Below are positions 49,652 to 58,509 of a stretch of 64,000 nt of DNA, piece by piece. Location: assembly GCA_036405175.1 (NCBI GenBank), contig DASWYC010000002.1, positions 251,429 to 315,428 of the forward strand, read 5' to 3'. A program made the position numbers and the translations under genes. The first letter of the stretch is position 1, and every line of letters starts with the position of its first letter. This DNA comes from Minisyncoccota bacterium. Its GTDB lineage: Bacteria; Patescibacteriota; Minisyncoccia; Phycocordibacterales; UBA1006. The notes beneath the pieces were generated by a model, which was given only the letters and a program-made list of their open reading frames with translations, made no database searches and was not told the DNA's origin.

Positions 49652-50503
49652 CTATTTGTATACAATCTTTGGATAAAACCGTAAGTCTATATATGAAAGT
49701 GTTTCAGTTTCTTTAGGAATATTTTTAATCACAATATCCATAATCGGCTCATCAGCTGCAGCGATTAATTTGCTCGATGGTGCATCAATGTAGAGCGACA
49801 CAACACCAAATCTATTCGTAGACATCAAGCACTCATAGTCTGGTTTTTCATGATGATAGGTACACGCCAAGATTCTATGCTGCTCAGTTGAAACCAAACG
49901 GTAAATTCCTAACGTCTCTTCCGCAATGAATGCCGGTAAAATATTATTCACTAAATAAATTGAGGTATTAAGCTTAGGATTTACATCAAAATCATTTTGT
50001 GGAGTTTTTAATAGCGGGCGCCCGTTACTTGATCGCTGCCAACATGACACATCTTCATTAGGCAAGCTATTACAGTGCACAATGCGCGCCTCTTGCTCAA
50101 CGATTGTTATGTACAGATCATTAAAACCATCGTACCAAACATCAGCTTCTGCAATTTCTGGATAGCGCTCAACAAGATAACTCTCAATTGCAGATGATGA
50201 TTGCAAAATCCTATTTGGATACGGCACAATCACATCAGAAAATCTCGTTAAATATGACATGGTCTGTTTTCCAATTTCAAACGACGATAGCACTTGATTC
50301 CCTTTTACATGTACCCGCTGTACCCCAAGCTCCGGCGAACGCATGATCCCTACATAGAGTGCAGTGATAATAATGAAGCCACCGATTACGCCCCATAATG
50401 TGGATGAGAAAAAATGACCAACCAAAACAGCAGCCTGAGGCGGCTGTTTTTTTACAACTTTTCTGACGGTTTTAGGTTGTTCGGCTGGTGCAGTTTCCGG
50501 CAT
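49652..50503 (-). CDS. FtsQ/DivIB-like POTRA protein
   Basis: Single TM, VHVKGNQVLS POTRA start, C-terminal YIDLRF. Confidence 0.7.
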   Translation of the reverse strand: MPETAPAEQPKTVRKVVKKQPPQAAVLVGHFFSSTLWGVIGGFIIITALYVGIMRSPELGVQRVHVKGNQVLSSFEIGKQTMSYLTRFSDVIVPYPNRILQSSSAIESYLVERYPEIAEADVWYDGFNDLYITIVEQEARIVHCNSLPNEDVSCWQRSSNGRPLLKTPQNDFDVNPKLNTSIYLVNNILPAFIAEETLGIYRLVSTEQHRILACTYHHEKPDYECLMSTNRFGVVSLYIDAPSSKLIAAADEPIMDIVIKNIPKETETLSYIDLRFYPKIVYK

Positions 50504-50530
50504 TACCGTTATTATACCGCGTCCAACGTA

Positions 50531-51793
50531 CTAGCCAATACGATCAAACCCACAGTATGGCACCAATGCGTCCGGAATTTTGATTGATCCGTCTTCCTGC
50601 TGGAAGTTTTCAATAAGTGACACCAAAATACGCGGTGTTGGAATTGCCGTACAGTTAAGTGAGTGCGCAAATCGCATTTTTCCTTCTGAATCTTTATAGC
50701 GAATATTAAAGCGGCGAGTTTGGAAATCATGGAAATATGATGCTGAAGAAATCTCGCGATATTTCTCTTCTCCCGGTACCCATAACTCAGTATCGTATTT
50801 TTTAACCTGCCCCAACCCAAGATCACCAGAACAGTTGATCACGGTGCGATACGGTATACCTAATGATTCAATAAAGCTTTCAACATTTCCCTGAATCCAA
50901 TCATGAAGTTCAACTGATTTAGCATGAGATGCCTCACATAAAATCACCTGTTCAAATTTATAAAACTCATGCACACGAATAAGTCCTTTTACATCTTTTC
51001 CATGCGATCCAGCTTCTCTGCGGAAACACGGTGAAAATGCCAAGATCTTACGAGGAAATTCTGCTTCTTCCAATACTTCATCACGGAAATATCCCATTGT
51101 TGCCACCTCTGCGGTTCCAATAAGATTTTGTCCGTCTTGAGTTTCAAATAAATCTTCTGCTTCATTAGGGAGATGACCTGTTCCAAAGAAATTTTCTTTA
51201 TGAACAATGGTTGGTGTAATCATAAATTCTGGAAACCCATTCTTAAGATAAAAATCTTTTGCGTAATTCCAAATAGCAAACGTGAGGAGTGCTCCTTTAT
51301 TCTTGAGGAAGTAGCCACGGAATCCGTGAACTTTAGTTCCGCGTTCAAAATCAACCATATTATGCTTGAGCATGAGGTCAATATGACTTTGTGGTGTAAA
51401 GTTAAATTTCTTGGCTTCCCCCCAGTGTTTGATTGGAACATTATCTTCGTCAGAATTTCCATCCGGAACTGACATATCTGGAACATTAGGAACTTTCAAC
51501 ATGAGCTCCTTCCAGCTGGTTAAAATAGTGTTGTATTGATCTTCTTGAGTGCGCAACGTTTCCTTTACCTGCTTCATTGATTCAATCTGTGAAGCGCGTT
51601 CAGTATCTGATGCGGAGGTAATTTTATCGGAAACACTATTTTGTTGCGTACGCAATTCTTCTATTTTTCTAAGGAGTTCCAAGCGATCATCGTCAAGCTT
51701 AATGAGCTTATCAATATCCACCTTGACTTTTTTTGAAAGTACGGCGTTTTTGACAATCTCAGTATGAGCGCGAATAAATTTGATGTCTAACAT
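50531..51793 (-). CDS. serS: Serine--tRNA ligase
   Basis: MLDIKFIR, GTAE, CFRREAGSHG, EISSAS, class II motifs. Confidence 0.97.
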   Translation of the reverse strand: MLDIKFIRAHTEIVKNAVLSKKVKVDIDKLIKLDDDRLELLRKIEELRTQQNSVSDKITSASDTERASQIESMKQVKETLRTQEDQYNTILTSWKELMLKVPNVPDMSVPDGNSDEDNVPIKHWGEAKKFNFTPQSHIDLMLKHNMVDFERGTKVHGFRGYFLKNKGALLTFAIWNYAKDFYLKNGFPEFMITPTIVHKENFFGTGHLPNEAEDLFETQDGQNLIGTAEVATMGYFRDEVLEEAEFPRKILAFSPCFRREAGSHGKDVKGLIRVHEFYKFEQVILCEASHAKSVELHDWIQGNVESFIESLGIPYRTVINCSGDLGLGQVKKYDTELWVPGEEKYREISSASYFHDFQTRRFNIRYKDSEGKMRFAHSLNCTAIPTPRILVSLIENFQQEDGSIKIPDALVPYCGFDRIG

Positions 51794-51913
51794 AACTTTT
51801 TGAGTATATCATATTTTTCTAATTCTTCATGATTCATTTTTATAGTTGGCGCAACAAAAAGTTTGGTTATTTTTTACTAGTGAAAGTATGGTACGAGATT
51901 TTATTATATGTAA

Positions 51914-52768
51914 ATGATAGATGCTGATATTAAAGTTATTTCCAAATCTATGCTTCCCAATTATGTTGATGATTTCTTACGATCATTTCCGGATGAGTTA
52001 TGGTATTGCGGAAATATTAATTTGTTACAAAAACCAATTATTACGATTGTTGGTACACGTAAGCCAAGTAGTTACGGGATACAGCTTGTGAGTCATTTAA
52101 CGGAGCGATTGAGCTTATATGATATTGCAACTGTTTCTGGACTAGCATTTGGTATTGATACGTTGGTGCACGAACAGAGTATATTGAATGAAATTCCAAC
52201 GATTGCAATCCCTGGATCTGGTCTTGGCAAGTCAGTTCTGTATCCACGCGGGAATATTGAAATGGCAGAAAAGATTCTTAAGCATCATGGACTCCTACTT
52301 TCTCCATTCCCTATTGATCGCCGAGCAGAAAAATATTTCTTTCCGGTACGTAATTGTTTAATGGCAGCCATTAGCAATGTAGTGATTGTGATTGAAGCTC
52401 AAGAAAGATCCGGCTCGCTTATTACTGCTCATCATGCGCTTGAATATGGAAAACCCACCTATGTATTCCCTGGATCATACTTTTCTCCATTATCACGTGG
52501 ATGTCATCAGTTAATAAATGAAGGTGCTTGTGTGCTTAGCTCTTTTGAAGACTTTGTGAGCGATCTCGGTTTTCCTCTCAAGAAATCTGAGAATACAAAA
52601 AGTGTCACTAATATGACACTCGATATTTTTGATGCTCCAAAAACACTAACGGAATTATGTGAGTATTTTTATCTACAACCAACTGATATGCTAGTGCAAC
52701 TCACCTTAATGGAGTTTGAGGGAAAGATTATAAATATGGGCGGAAGGTATCAAAAAAGTCGCCAATGA
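51914..52768 (+). CDS. dprA: DNA-processing protein DprA
   Basis: IVGTRKPSSYG, VSGLAFGID, FPVRN, SGSLITA. Confidence 0.95.
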   Translation: MIDADIKVISKSMLPNYVDDFLRSFPDELWYCGNINLLQKPIITIVGTRKPSSYGIQLVSHLTERLSLYDIATVSGLAFGIDTLVHEQSILNEIPTIAIPGSGLGKSVLYPRGNIEMAEKILKHHGLLLSPFPIDRRAEKYFFPVRNCLMAAISNVVIVIEAQERSGSLITAHHALEYGKPTYVFPGSYFSPLSRGCHQLINEGACVLSSFEDFVSDLGFPLKKSENTKSVTNMTLDIFDAPKTLTELCEYFYLQPTDMLVQLTLMEFEGKIINMGGRYQKSRQ

Positions 52769-52809
52769 TTAGCGACTTTTATTTTATTTAGACTTTACTT
52801 TTTAAGAAC

Positions 52810-53229
52810 TTATTTAACTTTTTTAAACAGTTCAATCATGGAGCGCCAAGATATCCCCGTGCAAATAGCACCTATGTGAAAAAGTACCCCGGTGAGCAAT
52901 CTAACTCCTTTTGCAAACTTTCTTGATGATAGGGTTTCTACCCCTGCACTAAAAAAGATTTGACCCATAAGGATAAATAGCATCATTATGAGCACTATCT
53001 GTACGAAAGGTTTCACCTTCCCCTTGTTGAAGATAGAGATAAATACAAGGGCAAAGAATACTAACAAAGAAAACATGTTCAGTTCTTCACTTGTTACTGG
53101 CTCCCAACCACCTCCGAAAATATCAGGGTAAACTAAAGTTGTAATTGCAGCTGTTAAGCATAAGCTCAAAGCCACAAGAGATAGACCCATCCAATCAATT
53201 GGATTATCTTCTAAGTTATTGTTTTTCAT
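52810..53229 (-). CDS. Orphan membrane protein
   Basis: About 4 TMs; TTGACA-17-TAGATT promoter at 53276-53304. Confidence 0.6.
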   Translation of the reverse strand: MKNNNLEDNPIDWMGLSLVALSLCLTAAITTLVYPDIFGGGWEPVTSEELNMFSLLVFFALVFISIFNKGKVKPFVQIVLIMMLFILMGQIFFSAGVETLSSRKFAKGVRLLTGVLFHIGAICTGISWRSMIELFKKVK

Positions 53230-53329
53230 AGTATCTCGAAAACTTTAATGTTAAGTAAATGTATTAATTTATAAAAATCTATCACATCTATTTACATTTG
53301 TCAATAATATGTTATTATAGGTTCATTAT

Positions 53330-54013
53330 ATGCAGACCTATACATTTTCCGGCTCAGAACCTATATACAATAATGTATATATGGCACAATTGGGCGTTGC
53401 GTCTCGTCGTGAGGCGGATAAGCTCATTGATGCTGGATTAGTTCAGATCAACGGCAAAACAGCCACTCGTGGGCAAAAATTGAACGCTGGAGACACGCTT
53501 TCTATTAACAAAGAAGCTAAGGAATTCAGCTACTTTTTCTACTACAAACCTCGAGGAGAAGAAACTGGGGTTCATAAAGGAATGCCTGGTTTGCACCCTA
53601 TTGGGCGCCTTGATAAAGAATCTGAAGGACTCTTGGTATATAGCGATGATCACCGCATGGTTGATGCGCTATTGAATCCTGATAACAAAATCACCAAAGA
53701 GTATGAAGTATGGACTCAAGAACGTATCTTTGATGAGGCAGAACAAAAACTCAAAAAAGGAATGCGCTATGAAGGCGTTACATACAGAGCACCAAAGAGC
53801 GTGATTATTGCACCATCACGTAACAAAATTACCATTACGCTTACCGAAGGAAAGAAGCATGAGATTCGCAGAATGTTAGCGGCGGTAAAACTTACCGTTA
53901 CAAGATTGAAGCGTACAAAAATTAATGGGATCGAAGCCCCTACACTTAAGCCGGGAGACTTCAAGAAATTAAAAGGGATAGATCTACAAAACCTCAAGCA
54001 ACTTCTTAAATAA
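53330..54013 (+). CDS. rRNA pseudouridine synthase (RsuA/RluB/F family)
   Basis: S4 domain ASRREAD, IGRLDKESEGL, EGKKHEIRRM. Confidence 0.93.
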   Translation: MQTYTFSGSEPIYNNVYMAQLGVASRREADKLIDAGLVQINGKTATRGQKLNAGDTLSINKEAKEFSYFFYYKPRGEETGVHKGMPGLHPIGRLDKESEGLLVYSDDHRMVDALLNPDNKITKEYEVWTQERIFDEAEQKLKKGMRYEGVTYRAPKSVIIAPSRNKITITLTEGKKHEIRRMLAAVKLTVTRLKRTKINGIEAPTLKPGDFKKLKGIDLQNLKQLLK

Positions 54014-54048
54014 ATCACTTGAGTGATTTATTTTTCATCTAAAGAAAG

Positions 54049-54075
54049 TGGGGCGCGACCTTCGGTCGCGCCTCA
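54049..54075. repeat. GC-rich palindromic hairpin, copy 2 (REP-like)
   Basis: TGGGGCGCGACC-TTC-GGTCGCGCCTCA. Confidence 0.75.
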
Positions 54076-54086
54076 TTTTTCAAATA

Positions 54087-54467
54087 TTATTCTTTTTCTT
54101 CAAATCCTAAACACACCGAGTTTATACAATATCGCATTCCTCCTGCTTCTTTAGGTCCATCATTAAACACATGCCCCAAATGCGCTTTGCAATTCTTGCA
54201 CACTACTTCAACTCGATGCATTCCATGTGAATCATCTTCAATCAATTCAATATGTTCCAAGTTGGCTGGCTCGGTAAATGATGGCCACCCAGTTCCAGAA
54301 TCAAACTTTGCATCAGAAGAAAAAAGTTCTGTGCCACATACCGCGCACTTATATATTCCTTCTTTATGATTATTTAGAAGTTCTCCCGTAAACGGCATCT
54401 CTGTTCCCTTTTCACGAGCTACTCTGTAAAGCTCATCAGAAAGCCCCTCTGAATTAGCATGTGTCAT
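54087..54467 (-). CDS. msrB: Peptide-methionine (R)-S-oxide reductase
   Basis: GTE.PFTG, CAVC, GTGWPSF, HLGHVF, RYCINS. Confidence 0.96.
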   Translation of the reverse strand: MTHANSEGLSDELYRVAREKGTEMPFTGELLNNHKEGIYKCAVCGTELFSSDAKFDSGTGWPSFTEPANLEHIELIEDDSHGMHRVEVVCKNCKAHLGHVFNDGPKEAGGMRYCINSVCLGFEEKE

Positions 54468-54553
54468 ATAATTGCAGTATACACCCAGATTGCAAATTTG
54501 TTGCAAAAGGCGTACTATATGAAGAATTTCGATATTTAACTCCTTATTTATAT

Positions 54554-55120
54554 ATGAAGACTATTCAGACCCACTTTCATCATCACAAGAAGATTTATCT
54601 CAATATCTTCCTTATTGCATATGGAATAGCTTCAATCCTTCATATAATTACTACCCTTACTAACGATGCAACCTTTTGGGCGCTGGGTGCGTTTATAGCT
54701 GGACTTATTGTTGCAATTTATTCACACAATCGCCATGGCTATGAAACTATTGCACTCTTACTAATTCATATGGGTATCGAGTGGTGGCAGCATGCTCAAC
54801 ACATTAATATTTACACTCTTAAAGAGTATATATTTCATAGCATCCATGCGATTCTTGATACAATTCTTCTTGTTGAGGAGTCACACCACTTTAAAAATCG
54901 GAATGCATTCTTGATGATCGTTGCCTTAGGTTTGCTTGGCTTGGTTATCTGGTCATTTTTCAAAACTGAACATCATTTTGGCATTCACATGCTTGCACAT
55001 ACACATTCGCACACTCATTCAGCATGGTATACTGCGATTGAAGCAGCCGTAAGTGGTGGAATCATTGGTTGTATTATATCTCACCTCTATCGCTTAAACA
55101 TTAAAAAAGCAGGTCGTTAA
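54554..55120 (+). CDS. His-rich membrane protein
   Basis: About 6 TMs; HFHHH and HTHSHTH tracts. Confidence 0.65.
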   Translation: MKTIQTHFHHHKKIYLNIFLIAYGIASILHIITTLTNDATFWALGAFIAGLIVAIYSHNRHGYETIALLLIHMGIEWWQHAQHINIYTLKEYIFHSIHAILDTILLVEESHHFKNRNAFLMIVALGLLGLVIWSFFKTEHHFGIHMLAHTHSHTHSAWYTAIEAAVSGGIIGCIISHLYRLNIKKAGR

Positions 55121-55136
55121 ACCTGCTTTTTTAGTA

Positions 55137-55397
55137 TTACATTTCGTCTTTTTCAATCTCCTCACCTTCTATTTCCTCCTTTTCATCATCATGAATCAGG
55201 TCATCTTCGTTGGTGTCATTTTCTTCATCCCCCATATCATCGGGAGAAAATTCATCCCCTTCAGCTCCAATTTCTTCAGTAAAATCTTCTTCGAGCGGAT
55301 CTACTTCCTCATCTCCACGGAGCTTCTTATTGGTTTCTACTCCAGCATCTGAATTAATAAGTTCGTCAGCTGAAATGTTGTTGGTATCATCGTTCAT
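55137..55397 (-). CDS. Small highly acidic protein
   Basis: About 43% D/E; low complexity. Confidence 0.7.
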   Translation of the reverse strand: MNDDTNNISADELINSDAGVETNKKLRGDEEVDPLEEDFTEEIGAEGDEFSPDDMGDEENDTNEDDLIHDDEKEEIEGEEIEKDEM

Positions 55398-55451
55398 ACG
55401 CAATTTGATTAATTAGTTCAGTAAAAGTTAAACACTAATTCGACAAGTATC

Positions 55452-55604
55452 CTATTTTAGAGGATTTTCTCCCCTGATAATACGAATCAAAAACATGACC
55501 ACGGCTGCAATCAGCAAAATGTGGATAAAGTTTCCAAGCACATGGAATGCTAAGAATCCGAGTGCCCAGAGTACCAGTAAGACTATACCTATTGTCGCTA
55601 GCAT
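55452..55604 (-). CDS. lmo0937/DUF5670-family small membrane protein, 50 aa (not in ORF track)
   Basis: MLATIGIVLLVLWALGFLAFHVLGNFIHILLIAAVVMFLIRIIRGENPLK*. Confidence 0.85.
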   Translation of the reverse strand: MLATIGIVLLVLWALGFLAFHVLGNFIHILLIAAVVMFLIRIIRGENPLK

Positions 55605-55759
55605 ATACATCTTAATTAATTACTAGTATGACCTAAGTATACGCCTATCTATTTAAAAATTGCAACCTTTTTTATGAAGGTTTGATGAATTCAAAAATCA
55701 ACCACAATAATTGTTGTTATAGAAAAACATCCTCACCGCAAGTGAAGATGTTTTTGAAT

Positions 55760-56500
55760 TTATTCCATCGGCACCAAATAATTCTGCAATACAGTGAGTG
55801 GAATTGGAAGCGGCACGGGACCCATTGCTCCAGGACCAACTTCATACTTATCAAAATAAATAATCATCTCAGTTGGATTAAAAGCAAAATCATCAAGCTG
55901 CGCGAGTCCAAGCTTTTGTACCTGCTCCTTAAACACTGGCAATGTGTCACCTCCATCAGGACGATAGCTGAGCAATTGCTGCTTTACCGTATTAAGAAAT
56001 GCACCCTGTTGATCTTGTTTAATTACATCATTAAGTGCAAGAACTTTTCCGGTTTTCTTTGAAGCCGTAAACACCTTATAGCTACTCATTCCATTCGCCC
56101 CACCCGTATACGCATAGCTATTGATCACAATAGACATGGTTGTTGGCGACTGGACTGTATCAGCTTCCATTTCTAGCTCATAGTGCGCCGTTGGAGCATC
56201 TGCGCCAAATTCTTTACGAAGATCAGGAACTTCTTTATCTGCCGTAACACCAAACGTTGCAACATTCTGATCCACAAATGCACGTGCAGCATCGGCAAGA
56301 GCACCAGTACCGCTAATTACTGGCTTAGTAGCTGAGTAATTCTCTTGTGTAATCTTTTGATCAGTAATTGAGATTTCTTGTGTTGTTTGAGTTGGCGTGG
56401 TGGTATCGGTTGGCATTTCTGATTTATTTCTATTCACGATAATTAAACCAATCAATACAATAATCACCAAAAAAATAAGTGCGGTAATGTTTGTCTTCAT
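55760..56500 (-). CDS. DUF3298/RsiV-like membrane-anchored protein
   Basis: YTGGANG, LNDV, IYFDKYEVGPGAMG. Confidence 0.85.
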   Translation of the reverse strand: MKTNITALIFLVIIVLIGLIIVNRNKSEMPTDTTTPTQTTQEISITDQKITQENYSATKPVISGTGALADAARAFVDQNVATFGVTADKEVPDLRKEFGADAPTAHYELEMEADTVQSPTTMSIVINSYAYTGGANGMSSYKVFTASKKTGKVLALNDVIKQDQQGAFLNTVKQQLLSYRPDGGDTLPVFKEQVQKLGLAQLDDFAFNPTEMIIYFDKYEVGPGAMGPVPLPIPLTVLQNYLVPME

Positions 56501-56586
56501 ATACTTTATGGTACCATGATATAAAAAACTGAAGCAAGAGAAAAAGCGATCAAAGAATTTAAGATCACTTTTTCTTTAATCGCTTA

Positions 56587-57075
56587 CTAATTAGCCACTA
56601 ATACCTTATTATTACTTTTTAAAAAATAGAGCCTTGTTGCCGACGGAAGAACCTTTACTTCTGTTGGCTTGAGAAGGCTGTACATCCAAGCACCCCTACA
56701 CCAATGGATCATACCAAGAGTAATAGATTTGGATGGAAGTTCTATAAGAAATAGGCTTGGGGCTTTTTGGGATAATTGCCCGCTTCCTTGCAAATACGCA
56801 ACATGAGCAATAAACTCATCCTGATTCCAATATCGGGCAAGACTAAAACCATACAGAATAGAGATCTGATTAAGGAATGCTTCCCCTTCAGCTCCTAATT
56901 GATATACGAGTGAATCAACTTGAGTATTTATTTCGGGCTTAATGTCATCCACCTGGTCAAACAACACCGATTTAAACGTGGCAGTAAGTCTGCCTTGGCT
57001 AATGATATTCTTTGATTGAGCATCTGAAATAAATGGCATTCCAATCAATACTACGAATTGTATAAATCTTCTCAT
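56587..57075 (-). CDS. Orphan secreted protein
   Basis: Signal-like N-terminus ending SDA-Q; TTGACA at 57147-57152; AAAAACC leader. Confidence 0.55.
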   Translation of the reverse strand: MRRFIQFVVLIGMPFISDAQSKNIISQGRLTATFKSVLFDQVDDIKPEINTQVDSLVYQLGAEGEAFLNQISILYGFSLARYWNQDEFIAHVAYLQGSGQLSQKAPSLFLIELPSKSITLGMIHWCRGAWMYSLLKPTEVKVLPSATRLYFLKSNNKVLVAN

Positions 57076-57182
57076 AAGAATATTAGGTTTTTATGGTTAA
57101 CTGATTTTTTTAAACTTTTCTTTATTTAATACCTCATCATGCTTATTGTCAAATTAAAATCCCTCATATGAGGGATTGTAAA

Positions 57183-57674
57183 TTATTCCATTGAAGTTTG
57201 ATATTCTGCAATTTTCCAAACTCCATCTACTTGTACGACGGTAAGGTATACGGTTGATCGAACAGCTGCACCACCATTTGCAGCCTCAACGCTGGTCACC
57301 TCAACAACATCAGCAACCACCTCGTAATGATCTCCGGCAGGCTTAATATCTTTTACCTCCATACGGTCAGGCCATGGGCTTGATGTTGCACGCCCCGGAA
57401 CACTCATTGGATCATTCATCCAGCGATCATACAATGCATCCGTAATATAGGGACGATATTCTTGATCAACAAGCGGCGGAATAAGCGCAGGGTTTGCGGT
57501 AGTTGGAACATTCTTAAGATGATTTCCAAATTCTGCAACCAATTTTGTAATCTCCATAGTCGCATCAGCCTGCTCAGTAGTTTGAGCAACCTTGTGTGAT
57601 AATGATCGGTCAAGAACCGTTACTAATCCCAATAATACAACTGCAACCACTAAGTAGATGAGCTTCTTTTTCAT
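57183..57674 (-). CDS. Hypothetical membrane-anchored protein (NTF2-like?)
   Basis: N-terminal TM; PGRATSSPWPDRMEV; ends DGVWKI. Confidence 0.7.
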   Translation of the reverse strand: MKKKLIYLVVAVVLLGLVTVLDRSLSHKVAQTTEQADATMEITKLVAEFGNHLKNVPTTANPALIPPLVDQEYRPYITDALYDRWMNDPMSVPGRATSSPWPDRMEVKDIKPAGDHYEVVADVVEVTSVEAANGGAAVRSTVYLTVVQVDGVWKIAEYQTSME

Positions 57675-57698
57675 ATACCTTAAGTATAGCACTCATCT

Positions 57699-58505
57699 TC
57701 ATGATTTCATTAAATTCTCAAAAACTCCCACAACGGCGAGCGGGCCAACCCCTCCGGGAACGGGTGTGTAGTAGCTCGCCTTTTCATAGCACGCTGGATC
57801 AATATCTCCTGCAACTTTGCCTGCTTGTTCGCTCGTACCAGCATCGATTAAAATAACACCTTGCTTAACCATGTCAGGAGTGATTAAGTGCGGCTTGCCA
57901 ACACCAGAAATAATAATGTCTGCATGTTTGAGTGCGCTTGTATATTCATGCTGAGGAGTTGTTTCGGTAATAATGGTATGAGCAATATTTTGACGCTTAA
58001 AATAACGAGACACCACAGAACCAACCAAGCGTCCATTGCCAACGATAACAATATTTTTATGTGCAAGATCCACATTAATTGATGCAAGAATGTGATGAAC
58101 CGCACTTGCAACGGGCGGCATAGCCTCTATTCTTCCCTGAGCATACGCTTCCAGTGCTATATCACTGAGTACATCACAGTCTCGTATGAGCGGAATAGTA
58201 TTGAGAATCACCTGAGTATCAAGCTGCGGCGGTAGTGGCAACTGAACAACAATGCCATCATATTGTGCACTAATAGCGTATACAAAATCTTCAGCAGCTT
58301 CAGTGGTGAGTTCATCATCATATTCAACAATCTCTGCATCAATACCAATCTTTTCTGCAATTTTCATTTTGATATTCACAAATTGTTCGGTAGCATACGT
58401 GCGTTCAAACACAATAAATCCTATCTTTTTCTGAGGCATCGTTGATACTTGTTCTTTCAACGCTTGAATACGTTCTTCTGCAAGTTGCTTACCGTTAATC
58501 ATCAT
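57699..58505 (-). CDS. folD: Methylenetetrahydrofolate dehydrogenase/cyclohydrolase
   Basis: GIVVQLPLP, IDAG, GDID, TPVPGGVGP. Confidence 0.93.
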   Translation of the reverse strand: MMINGKQLAEERIQALKEQVSTMPQKKIGFIVFERTYATEQFVNIKMKIAEKIGIDAEIVEYDDELTTEAAEDFVYAISAQYDGIVVQLPLPPQLDTQVILNTIPLIRDCDVLSDIALEAYAQGRIEAMPPVASAVHHILASINVDLAHKNIVIVGNGRLVGSVVSRYFKRQNIAHTIITETTPQHEYTSALKHADIIISGVGKPHLITPDMVKQGVILIDAGTSEQAGKVAGDIDPACYEKASYYTPVPGGVGPLAVVGVFENLMKS

Positions 58506-58509
58506 ATAT

